From Octopus sinensis (lineage: Eukaryota), in contig NW_021832280.1 of assembly GCF_006345805.1 (NCBI RefSeq), positions 1 through 64,000 of the forward strand: a DNA stretch of 64,000 nt, in the 5' to 3' direction. The position numbers and the translations under genes were made by a program. Below, piece by piece: positions 33,069 to 45,100 of this stretch. How positions within the stretch are numbered: position 1 is the stretch's first letter; each line of letters starts with the position of its first letter. The notes beneath the pieces are model-generated. The model saw only the letters and a program-made list of their open reading frames with translations. It searched no databases and was not told the DNA's origin.

Positions 33069-34258
33069 ATCATCATCGTTTAACGTCCACTTTACATGCT
33101 GTCATGGGTTGGACGATTTGACTGAGGTCTGGCGAACCAGATGGCTGCACCAGGCTCCAATCTGATCTGGTAATGTTTATACAGCCGGATGCTCTTGCTA
33201 ATGCCAACCACTCTGAGAGTGTTGTGGGTGCTTTTTATGTGCCACCTGCACGAGGGCAAGTCGAGCGATACTGGCATCAGCCACGCTTGAATGGTGCTTT
33301 TTACATGCCACCAGCATGGGACAAGTCAGGCGGCACAAGTAATGATTCTACTCGAATGTTTTCTTTTTATGTATCACCGGCACGGGATCAGTTAGACAGT
33401 ACTGACACTGACCAAGCTTGAATGGAGTTTTTTACAATCCACCAGCACGGGTGCCAATCAGGTGGTACTATCATTGGCCATGACAACGACTTCACTTGTC
33501 TCAGCAGGTCTCCTCAAGTGCAGTTTATTGGCTAATGATTGAAGGGTACTCTTAAATGGGCTGGTTATTCTACACTGGCACAGGCCATGGTTATGGTCTC
33601 ACTTGGCTTACTGAGTTTTCTCAAGCACAGCATATCTCCAAAGGTCTCCGTTGCTCATCATTGCCTCTGTGGGGCCCATTGTTCAAAGGTTATGCTTCAC
33701 CACCTCATCTCAGGTCTTCCTGGGTCTACATCTTCAACAGGTTCCTTCAACTGCTAGGGTGTGACACTTCTTCACACAGCTCTCCTCAACAATTCGCAAC
33801 ACATGGCCATACCAGTGCTGTCGTCTCTTGCACATCACATCTTATGCTTCTTAAATCCAACTTTTCTCTCAGGGCGCTTACACTCTGTTGTGTATGCACA
33901 CTGACATTACACATCCATCGGAGCATACTGGCTTCATTTCTTGCAAGCTTATGCATGTCCTCAGCAGTCATGGCTCATGTTTCACTGCCATGTAGCATGG
34001 CTGTTCACCCACATGTATCATACAATCTACCTTTCACTCTGAGTGAGAGGCCCTTTGTTACCAGTAGAGATAAGAACTTGCCCAGGTTATTCCTATTCTA
34101 GCAGCTATGCCCTCAGAGCATCCACCACTGCTACTAACTTGGTCACCTAGTTAACGAAATGTGACAGAAGCTGTTTTCTGTACATTTTTCAGTGTTTAAT
34201 GCCCCTGAGCATTTGCCACACACAAAAACTATCTTCCCCATTAACCTTCCTTTGATTT
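33069..34258 (-). mobile_element. RTE LINE 3' fragment
   Basis: (CAT)n tail, CGTTTAACGTCC end, 3' UTR repeats, RT end (RNEASMLRWMCNVS). Confidence 0.85.
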
Positions 34259-34340
34259 TGCTTTTTCTCTTTTCTTCTCTTTATAAAATGACAAAAAAAT
34301 TAAACATAAAAATGATTGATTGTTATTTTTTTTTTCACAG

Positions 34341-34392
34341 CTATTTACTGAATATCTAAATAGAGAGAAAAATGAAGGATTTCATTCAAAAG
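34341..34392 (+). CDS. Macrodomain gene exon (52 bp, phase 0 to 1): LFTEYLNREKNEGFHSK
   Basis: T-rich CACAG acceptor, GTAAAC donor. Completes the macro C-terminal helix after ..DTEIAK. Paralog of 14948-15002. Confidence 0.8.
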
Positions 34393-34487
34393 GTAAACAA
34401 TTTGTTCATTAATATGAATATCATTGTGCTTTGTCATGTCTGTGTTAAACACTCTGATTATTATCAATTTTATTGTTGTTGTTGTTA

Positions 34488-37480
34488 TTTCCATCATCAT
34501 CTTTCAGTTCTGTTTCCATTTCTTGCCGAGTGCCTTCCTGACACCTAGGGCAGAGAAACACACAGTATACATCGGTAGGCAATTAAAATATACACGCTAA
34601 CTCATTCATTTACAAAGTCATATGACAGAGAAAAAGTAAAAAAATACGAAAAGTAAACAAAGAAAATAAAAGGGAAAAAGGAAAGAAAATTCACAGCAAC
34701 GATGCTCTTCTCAATACGTGTGACCAGTTACCAGTTAAGACAATCTTTAGCACTTCCTGCCTGGATGGTAATCCAGGGATCATTCATAAATAATTTTCAG
34801 TTCCTTTTTTGATCATTCCAAGTGCTCCTACAGTCACTGGTATTGTAACCATCTTGAGATGCCACATCTTTTCGATTTCAATCAGCAGATCTTTATATTT
34901 TCTGAGTTTATCAAATTGTTTTGCCGAGACATCATAGACACAAAATACACTCACATCAATCAATAAACAGACTTTATTGTTTTGGTCTTTCACAACAATT
35001 ACTCTGGTTTATTTGCCTTGATGGTCACATCTGTACATACTGGGAAGTCCCAAAGAATCGTTACATTTTCCCCTCTCTAACAGCCTCAGGGTGGTGCTTG
35101 TACCATTTGTCAGCACTTTTCATTTTATAATGCCAACACATTATCTGCAATACCTTGATTTATACTATACAGGTGCTAAAACCTTACATCCAGAGAGTAG
35201 GTGGTCCACTATTTCTATATCATTGTTGCAGTATCAGCACTTTGGGTCTGCTCCATTTTTCATCACATTGGCTTGACAGTCCCAGGACAATAAGTTCTGA
35301 TCTTGGGTAGCCAAGATAAAGCCTTCTCTCTCTCTGCCTTTAAGCTCTGAGCTCCCTAGACACTGATGGCTGTGCTTCTGGTATACATCAGCTTGTTTGC
35401 TACGGGCCACATATTTGCCATGCAGAGGATTTTGTTCCCACCCATCATCCAATTGTTCAAGCGCATTTTGCTTTGCTATTCATTTCACCTTCTTTGCAGC
35501 TACAGTTGTTGCACTTCCAATTTCAATGAGATTTAGCATCCATTCATTAGATGTTTCAAGATATTTGGCCAGTCCAGTTGTGATGGTTTTGTAGGAGGTT
35601 TCAAATCAAACCAAGCCTCGACCTCCTTGAGCTCTGGGTAGGTAAAGACGATCTGCATCTGCCTTTGGTTGGTGCCTCTTTTTGCAACTCAGAAACTCAA
35701 GGATTTTCCCGTCAATCTTCCTTATTTCACTCATATTCCAGTTGAATACATTGAAACTGTAAATAACAACCAGAACTGTTAAGGAATTTATTGCTAACAC
35801 CTTGTTACGTGCATTTAACTCGGATTTTAGGACTGCTTGAACTCACCTTTACCATTCCTTCTCTTTCATTCTTGCATGCTGAATGCCAGAACCCTCATTT
35901 ATTCCGAGGTATTTGTAAGTTTCTTCTTGCTTGAGTTCTCTATGACTGTGTCAACATCCAACTCCACTGAATGTGAGGTCTTCAGTTTCCTTTCTGGAAA
36001 GTGACCCTGGCACATTTATCAACCAAATTCCATCCCAAGGTCATCACTAAATGCTTTCACAGTACGTAGTAGTCCTTCAAGCTCATTATCGTCTTTGCCA
36101 TAAAGTTTTAAGTCATCCACATAAAACAGATGACTTGTTTTCCTCTTGCCAATTTTATATCCATACCCTGTTCTGTTAAGTTCATTAGGGCTATGAATAA
36201 AATTAAGGATGAAAGTGGAAAATGCCACAGTTGATATTAATATTTTTTGTGGTCAGAACTCCATCAGAGTGGTATAATTGGAGATTTGTATTCCACATTG
36301 ACATGTTGTGCCTCAGGAAATGTGAAATCACAAGAGAAATTTGGAAGATATCCAGCGATTTCAAGATCCATGAATGCAGCATGCTGTCAAAGGCCTTTTT
36401 TGATAATCAATCCATGCAGAACTGAGATTTCTGCATTTGCTATGACAGTTCCTCAAGGGCCATGCTATTCATTAAGAGTTGGTCTTTGCATCCATATGAG
36501 CCTTGTCGGCACCTTTTTGTTCAGTGGGGAAAATATCATTCTGTTCCATAAATTTGTATGTTTTTCTCCATGAGGATGGATGTTAAAATTTTATACGTGG
36601 CAGATAGATATGTCATGGGTGGATAGTCTTGGGGAAAGTTGGTTCCATTATTCTTCAGGTGTAGGTAAGTAATACCTCTTGCTAACCAGTCGGGTGTTTT
36701 CGCAGGATCTCTCATTATTTCATTGAATAACTGGACTAACTTTCCATGTGCACACAGGAACAAGGCGAGCCAAAAATTTGGCACCTTTTCATTACCAGGG
36801 GATTTCCACTTATGGTCCTTCGTGAGTGTCATCCTTAGGTCTGCTATTGTGATCTTCCCTTGCTTGTTCTGATAAATTTTGCTAGGATCCCTCTGTGTGT
36901 CTGATCCAGTCAGCATTTCAATTGTAACTCTTTTCATCATTCCCGATATTTTTCCAGAAGTCTTCAACTTCTCCCATGGCAGTGGAGGTCTTCAATGATT
37001 ATTCCGTCTTTGCCTATTTCTCTGTAGAATGTTTTCACATTGGATGTGAACAGCTTATTTTCTATGTAAAATCTGTTTTTTTTTCAAATCTTCATTTGCT
37101 TGGATTCTTTTGTTGCAGTGTTTCTTTTGCTGAAAGCAGTTCTTCTCTTGGTGAGAATCTGTTTTCTCTTCATTTTTCTTACATCGTTTCCACAAATTAG
37201 TTCATTCAATATTGATATTTCATTTCTCTTTATTTCAATCTCTTTTTCAATTTTACCTTTCCAGTTTGGAATTCTTCTCAGGTTTGTATTTCTTGACTTT
37301 TCTCAGAGGCATACAACTGCTTTCAATTGTCTTAGCAGCTGCATAAATCATTTCATTTAATTCAGTGAAATCTGGTTTTAGTTCTTGAATAATTTCCTTT
37401 GTTACATAGTTTCCAATTTTAATTTGTTTTCTATTCTGGGTTGTATTTGAGAGATTATGAAGTGGTTCTTTATCATGCAT
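34488..37480 (-). mobile_element. R4/Dong-like LINE, degenerate, cut off at the Gypsy junction
   Basis: WKSPGNEKVPNFWL..HLFYVDDLKLYG..HQPKADADRLYLPR..LIDVSV..KYKDL; 3' UTR at 34490-34700. Confidence 0.85.
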
Positions 37481-39423
37481 ATTGGCGTGTCTTATAACTG
37501 CAAGCTTATTCAGATGGAGTATTTACCATTTAAAAGATTGGGGCATGCAGAAGGTTTGTCAAGGACAATACCAACATACAGTGAACCACTAGAAAACACA
37601 GTGATAGTGGCATTAAGAGATGATCATGAAATAAAAAATGGATTTGTGCAACGTTGTATGTGAATTGCCTGTCACACTGGAGGAAATAAAAATTAGGCAG
37701 AAAGAGACGACTTTATCATGAAAGTAAAAAAAAACAAACGATCAGAAGAAACAAATAAAAAAATGCATGTGGTTGGACTTGACACCGTTTGAAGTCCATT
37801 TTGATACGTGACAATGTACTTTTGGGTGGCACCGAGAGTTGTAATGCCTGTCTCACTACAATCGAATGTTAAAGGAATTCCACACTGGACATCCAGGAAT
37901 TTCTAGGATGAAGTCACTTTTGGGGAGTTATATTTACTAGCTGAAAATGGACCTAGATATTGAGAGGCTGGTATTCACAGAGGTTGAGCTCTACAGCAAA
38001 AATCACCATCTACCAAATTTCAACCCTGGCCCAAAACCAATATTCCATGGCCTAGACTACACAGGAGTACTAAGCAGATCATATTATCTAATAGTGATAG
38101 ATAGTTTTACAAAATGACCAGAAATGTGTAGAAAAACTAACCTCCACAGTAAGAGTGGATTTTCCACTTGAACTTTTAGCAAGATATGGTACACAGTTCA
38201 TGGCAAATAAATTTAAGAATTTTTGCAAGTGTTCTCAATTGAATATATCACTACTCCTCTGTATCACCCAAGATTAAACGGACAAGCTGAACATTTTGTG
38301 AACACATTAGAAGGGTGTTAAGGAAATCTATAAATGAGGTAGTGGATGATGTAGCATTGTAACAATTCCTGAGAGTTTACTGTGTAACGCCAAACACAAA
38401 AACCCCTTCAAGCATGTCGCCTGCTAAACTGATGTTCATAAGAAAAGTTAGGTCAGTTTTTGAGAAATTATTACCCAGCAGAAAAATAAAAACTAGGGAA
38501 AACGCTAAAAATACAATGAAGTATTCAATAAGTGGTGATCAGGAGTTTTTCAGAGTGTACAGAAATGGAAAAGAAGGTCGGAGAAGATGGTGAAATAATA
38601 AAATGGATCTGTAAAATTATGTACATGAAGTGAGATTCTAAATGGGAACAACATAAAAAAACACCTGAATCAGCTGAAAAGAAGGTTTGCTGAAGAAAGG
38701 GTTACAAGGAAAGAAGTACCCATGGAAGTTCTCCAAGAGATATTTGATGAGCTGATTCTGTAAGAAATCATTGAAATAAAGCATACCAGTACAAGAAAAA
38801 GAAAACATACAGAATTGTTGGAGGCAGTGTTCCAAAACGAATTAAATATTAATCTGTTGGGGAAAGTAAATCTCGAAATGGAAGATGTGATATGGAAAAA
38901 AATATTTTCCCAACAGAAGTCAATCTCAAAGGAGGAGATGTTGCGGTGACAGACAGCAACATCATCATCATCATCATCGTTTAACGTCCGCTTTCCATGC
39001 TAGCATGGGTTGGATGATTTTGACTGAGGCCTGCTGAACCAGATGGCTGCACCAGGCTTCAATCCTGATCTGACAGTGTTTCTACAGCTGGATGCCCTTC
39101 CTAATGCCAACCACTCCGTGAGTGTAGTGGGTGCTTTTTACGTGCCACCGGCATGGGGGCCAGTCAGGCGGTACTGGCAATGATCTCGCTCGAATCTTTT
39201 TACACATGCCACCGGCACAGGTGCCAGTAAGGCGACGTTGGTAGCAATTATGCTTGAATGCTGTGAAATTGAAAGTAGACTCATTGGACTCTTACAAAAG
39301 AGCAACGTACTTCATTGACAACAGAAGGCATTTGGAGTCTTGTATGCTGGGAGTTGAAAGTTAACCTCTGTGAATATATTTACTCCTGTTTGTTAAAATA
39401 GTGTATCTGCAAACAAGGATACA
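37481..39423 (+). mobile_element. Ty3/Gypsy 3' half: RNase H end, integrase, PPT, 3' LTR
   Basis: MEYLPFKRLGHAEGLSR; GTQFM..YHPRLNGQAEHFV..SPAKLMF; PPT AAAGGAGGAGA (38928-38938) then LTR TGTTGCGGTGAC (38939), matching the LTR at 47787. Confidence 0.8.
38961..39261 (-). mobile_element. RTE 3' end inserted in the Gypsy LTR
   Basis: (CAT)n, CGTTTAACGTCCGCTTTCCATGCTAGCATGGG. LTR sequence resumes at about 39262. Confidence 0.85.
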
Positions 39424-39426
39424 AAA

Positions 39427-39593
39427 GCCAGATAATTGACTTTACAGTCCCAAATGATGAGAAAGTCAATATAAATGGTTTAGAAAAAAATAGCAAAGTA
39501 CCAGGACCCAACCACTGAATTACAGAGACTATGGAAAGTGCGGGTAAAATCTATTCCAGTAGTTATAGGTGCATTGGGAACTATCCCTAAAGA
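39427..39593 (+). repeat. 167-bp inverted copy of 57275-57441 (RLE-LINE sequence)
   Basis: One mismatch over 167 bp, with shared lesions. Confidence 0.9.
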
Positions 39594-41124
39594 GAGCCTG
39601 AGCAAGAACAAACCTACAAATATTTAGGGATAAATGAAGGCTCTGGTATTCAGAATGCAAGCATGAAAGAGAAGATCAGGAAGGAATGTTATAGAGAGTT
39701 CGTGCAGTCCTGAAATCTGAACTAAATGCACGTAACAAGGTGTTAGCTATAAATTCCTTAGCAGTTCCAGTTGTTACTTATAGCTACAATGTGTTGAACT
39801 GGATATGAGTGAAGTAAAGAATATAGATAGGAAAATACGCAAGCTGCTGAGTTTAATAGGATGCACCACCAAAGGCAGACGTAGATCGCCTTTACCTTCC
39901 CAGAGCCCAAGGAGGTCGAGGCCTGATTCAATTTGAACTAGCTTACAAAACAACCACAATTGGACTGGCCAAATATCTCAAAATAACGAATGACTGGATG
40001 CTAAAGCTCGTGGAAAATCACGAGATACGAAAGAAGCTTCATTCTATCATAAGGAAAGCGAAAAATTTGCTATTGATCTTGTGCAGGATACCCAAACTGA
40101 ACAACCCGAGGGAAGTACGGCAACTATTGTTGCAAAGAAGGTGAAATATGGCAACGAAAAAAGCGCACGAGCAATTGGCTGATAGGTGGGAGGAGAAACC
40201 TCTGCATGGCAAATATGTGGCCCGTAGCAAACAAGCTGATGTTGACCAGAAGCAAACTCATCAGTGGCTACGGAGCTCAGGGCTAAAAGCAGAGAGCGAA
40301 GGTTTCATCCTGGCTGCTCAAGATCAAAGCCTATTAACCCGGAACTACCAGGCCAATGTGATGAAAAATGGAGCAGACCCAAATGCTGATTCTGCAACGT
40401 CATGATTGAACAGTGGACCACCTAATCTCTGGATGTAAAGTCTTAGCACCAGTGGAGTATAAATTAAGACATGACAGAGTTGGCCAATATCTACACTGGC
40501 TAATAAGTCGGCATTGCAATATCAAAACTGCCGACAAGTGGTATAATCACCACCCTGAAGCTGTAACTGAAGGAGAAAATGTAACGATTCTGCGGGACTT
40601 TCCAGTACATACAGACCGAACCATCAAGGCCAATAAACCAGATATTGTTGTGAAAGACCAAAACAATAAAGTTTGCTTATTGATCGACATGAGCATCCCC
40701 TGTGATCATAATATCTCGGCGAAAGAATTTGACAAGCTCAGAAAATATAAAGACCTGCTCATTGAAATTGAGAAAATGTGGCATCTCAAGGCAGTTACAA
40801 TACCAGTGACCGTAGGAGCACTAGGAATGATCAAGAAGGGAACCGAAAATTATTTATGAATGATCCCTGGCTTACCATCCCTGCAAGAAGTGCAAAAGAT
40901 TGTCTTAACTGGTACATCACACGTATTGAGAAGAGCATTGTCGATGTGAGAACTATTACTACCCATGTATTTTAATTTAACTTTATTTCTATCGAAAAAA
41001 AAAATGAACGAACTAGTAAGTTTAGTTTAATGGCCTACCAATGTATACTATGAGTTTCTTTGCCCTAGGAGTCGGGAAGACACTCGACAAGAAATGGAAG
41101 CAAATTTGAAAGAAGAAAAACCCA
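39594..41124 (+). mobile_element. R4/Dong-like LINE 3' fragment with 3' UTR and (TAA)n tail
   Basis: QTYKYLG..HQWLRSSGLKAESEGFILAAQDQ..DHLISGC..RHDRV..KPDIVV..IDMSIP..KYKDL. Confidence 0.9.
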
Positions 41125-41199
41125 TAAATAATAATGATAATAATAATAATGATAATGATAATCATAACGATGACGACGATGACAACAACAATAATAATA

Positions 41200-42125
41200 T
41201 TGTCATATTGAGAAAGTGAGACAAATACTGTCAGATCATTGATGTAGCCATACAAATGACATGAATGTCGTGAGAGAAGAGGTTGAAAAAATCACCAAAT
41301 ACTCCGAATTGAAAGTGGAAATGGCAAGACTGTATGGAAAGTGAGAGGGTAATGTTAAAGTGATACCAGTGGTGATCAGAATGCTGGGTTCAATCCCATT
41401 GAAACTTCAAAACTTCTTAAGGCAACTGGAAATCCTTTGCAAGATTGATGTCTTACAAAAGCAGCCTATCTGGGCACAGCGCACATCTTAAGGAAAGTAT
41501 TATCCGTCTGAGGTCCTTGTTGTGACTTGACAGATGACTAAAGACTCCAGTGCATTTTTACCTACACTGTGTTACGAAGGAATAACAATAATAATAATAA
41601 TACAATAATAATAATAATAATAATGATAATAATAATAATGGTAATAATTAATAATAATGGTAATAATAATAATAATAATAATAATATTAATAATAATAAT
41701 AATAATGATAATGTAAGACTGAAAACAGAGACTGAATGTTTCATATTAGCAGCTCAAGACCAAAGCTTGCTTACCAAAACCTACCAGGCTAACATTCTTC
41801 AAATTGGTTCTGACCCTAAATGCACATTCTGCAATACATTTGATGAACAATCGACCATTTTGTTTTAATATGCCCTGTGATTACACCTATGAATTACAAA
41901 AATTGCCATGATAAGGTAGGACGTATTTACATTGGAAAATATGTAAACACTACAAAATCATCACTCCTGCTTACTCACATGAACATTATCCTGAGCCAGT
42001 TGTTGAAGGTAAAAATGTCACTATCCTCTGAGATTTTCCTGTCATCACTGACAGAACAATCTAGGCAAATAGACCAGATATAGTTATTAAAGACAGGGAA
42101 GACAACACTTGTAGACTAATAGATG
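41200..42125 (+). mobile_element. Two further RLE-LINE C-terminal fragments separated by (TAA)n
   Basis: IDVAI..KITKYSELK..GTAHILRKVLSV; TECFILAAQDQ..CTFCN..NRPDIVIKDREDNTCRLIDV. Confidence 0.75.
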
Positions 42126-45100
42126 TATAAATTTATGGAATTTCCTTACTGAAAATATGATAGCTGATCCTTCCTTCTCTATCTGACAGTAACTTTTCTT
42201 ACCTGGCAATAAGGAATGTGAAGCATGAGCTACAGCTTTCAGGCTACACTCTTCATTTTTGTGTAAAATCACAGCTCCAATACCACTGTCACGATCGTCT
42301 GATACCATTACTATTTCTAAGTTTGAGTCAAAACGTGATAACAACAATTCTGACATTAGAATGTTTTTAATTTCTTCAAAAGCTTTTTGGCACATGTCTT
42401 GCCAATTCCACTTAATGCCTTTTTTAACAAGTTATTCAGGAGTGCTCTTAAATCATGCATATTCAGTATGTATACCTGGTAGCAATTTGCAAGCCCCCAA
42501 AATGCTTGTAATATTTTTTATTGCACTCACCCTTAATGGATCTGGTCTACATACATTTTTCATCAATAATCTGCTCTAGATATTTTATTCTTGGCATAAA
42601 AGATTCACACTTTTCCTCGCTGAGCTTTAATCTTTTATTTTGTGGGATGATCTTTTTAACATGCTCATCTTGCTGAGCACAAAATTCGCTTTTTATGAGC
42701 ATGTCAACAAGGTAAGCTGTAGTGAAATATGAATCTGCAAGTGTAGTGTCCATAACTTGTTGGAAAATGTCTGGTGCTACTTTATGCCAAAAGGAAGTCG
42801 ATTAAATATGTTAATACTTTATGGGTAATTATTGTTAATAATTTTGAACATTCTTCATCAACTTTTACCTGCAAATATGCTTCAGATAGGTCCAACTTTG
42901 AAAAATATTTTCCTCCATTCAACATCACAAAAATTTCTTCTGGACTTGGTAACAGGTAATTATATAGCATCAAACATTCCTTTAACTCTGTTGAAAAATC
43001 AGCACATACACAGATTTTGTTATTTTTTTTTTATTCGCATAAACTGTTGGTGATGCCATTGAATGTAATAAATTTTTTCAATAACCCCAAGTTTTTCAAG
43101 TCTATTTAATTCTTTGTTGACTTGTTGTGAAGGGTTCAGTTCATTTTGCTTTAAATACTGAGAAATGTTTTCGTTTACATCAAACTTAGCCTTTGTTTTG
43201 GTGCAAGCACCTAACTGATTAGAAAAAACTTTGGGAAAATTCCTTTTTAATCATTTCTTATAATTTGTCTGACACTTTATTTGTACTGGCAGAAAGAACC
43301 ATTCACGTTTTACAGAAAAAATTATGGAGAGGTCCTATAATTCAAATAATTCCATGCAGTCTGTTCTAAATAAATTTTTTGTATTATTCAGCATAAAACG
43401 TTTGGCTTTTAAGGTTTTTCCACGAAAGATAACATCACTTATCATTTCACCCTTAAAAATTAATTTTTTTCCTGAAACACAACAAGCAACTTTCAAGTTT
43501 CCTTCAGTCTAGGCTTCCTGATTTTCCTTCACGTATCTGTGTTAATTATCATGATATCACTGCTTGTATCCAGTTGTAACATGATGTTCACATTATTCAA
43601 TTTTATGGACACAAATTTTATTTCTGAGCCTCGCTGCAGGCTACCTCAAGGACGAACGACAATGATCTCATCTTTGTGGCTGGGGATTTCAACAGGCATG
43701 TTGGATGGCATCCTGGTATCTTCCATGGTGTTCATGGGGGCCATAGTATTAGTTCCTGAAATGAAGAGGGAACTAGGCTCCTGAAGTTCTGTGATGCAAA
43801 TAACCTTTTGATCTACATCATCAATTTCAGGAAGCCAGTCATTCAATAACCTATCAGTCAGGTGACTCTGCTAGCTAGATCAATTTCATTCTCACCAGAT
43901 AACAGGATGCATGGTTGCTCTTAAATACAAAGACCCTCCTGGTGAAGAATGTACCCTCCAGCATAGACTAGTCATTAGTGACTTTAGACTCCAGGCCAGA
44001 AGGATGCCAAGAAGCAGACCAATGTGGAAAAGAAGGACTTGGAAGCTTAAGAACCCTTCACATGGTCAGAGATTTAGGGACATCCTAATTGAGAAATTTG
44101 ATGATAGGGAGGAAGAGCTACAGTTCTGTGACACAGAAGGCAGCTGGGAATTCCTGTGAGACAGCTTGCTGAGTGCCACAGACCAAATCTGTGGCTGGTG
44201 CAAGTCCCTTCCAGACCTAGGGTAACATGGTGGTGGAACAATACTCTAGATAGGGCTATTGGAGCAAAGAAACAGGTCTGGAAGTGTTGGGTAGCAGGGA
44301 ACTGTATCAGATAGCTAGGAGACAGGTATATCTAGCCAAGGGAGAAGCAGAAAAGAAGACATTTGCTTATGTTCAGCGTGATGAGGACCAAAGAACTGAA
44401 GTGTTTTGGATTGCAAGATGGTGTGTGAGAGAAAATTGTGATGTCACAGGAGAGAAATGTGTCTGCATAGATGATGGTGCACTAGCTTTTAATGATTCTG
44501 CAAAGAAAGAGGCTTGGCGATGTTATTAGGAAAGACTGCTGAATGTGGAGAATGAATGGGAGGAAGAGAGTCTGGCAAATATTGACCCAACTGAGGGACC
44601 AGCTATGCGAATCAACATAGTATATAAAGCAATTAAAGATATGAAGGTAGGGAAAACATCCCAGCCATTCAGGAATCACTGGTGAGATGCTTAAAATATC
44701 TGGCAGTGTGGGTTATGGTCTAATCACTCATATAGTCAATCAGGTGGTTCACGAAGAAGTCATACCCATTGACTGGTGTAATAACACTATAGTCAACTGC
44801 TACAAAGGTAAAGGCGATGCCCTAGATGAATAATTACAGAGCTATCAATTGTTGGCTCAGTGATGATGAAAGGCATAGAGAGTCATATCACAATTAATTA
44901 GGGAGAGAATTAGCCTAGATGAGATGCAGTTTGGTTTTGTGCAAGGTAGAAGCACCCCTGATGCTATATTTCTGATAAGGCAGCTGCAGGAGAAATACCT
45001 AACCAAAGATAAACCTCTGTTCTTGGCTTTTGTTGACTTGGAGAAAGCTTTTGACAGGGTCCCCTAATCCCTTATCTGGTGGTTAATGCAGAAACTAGGG

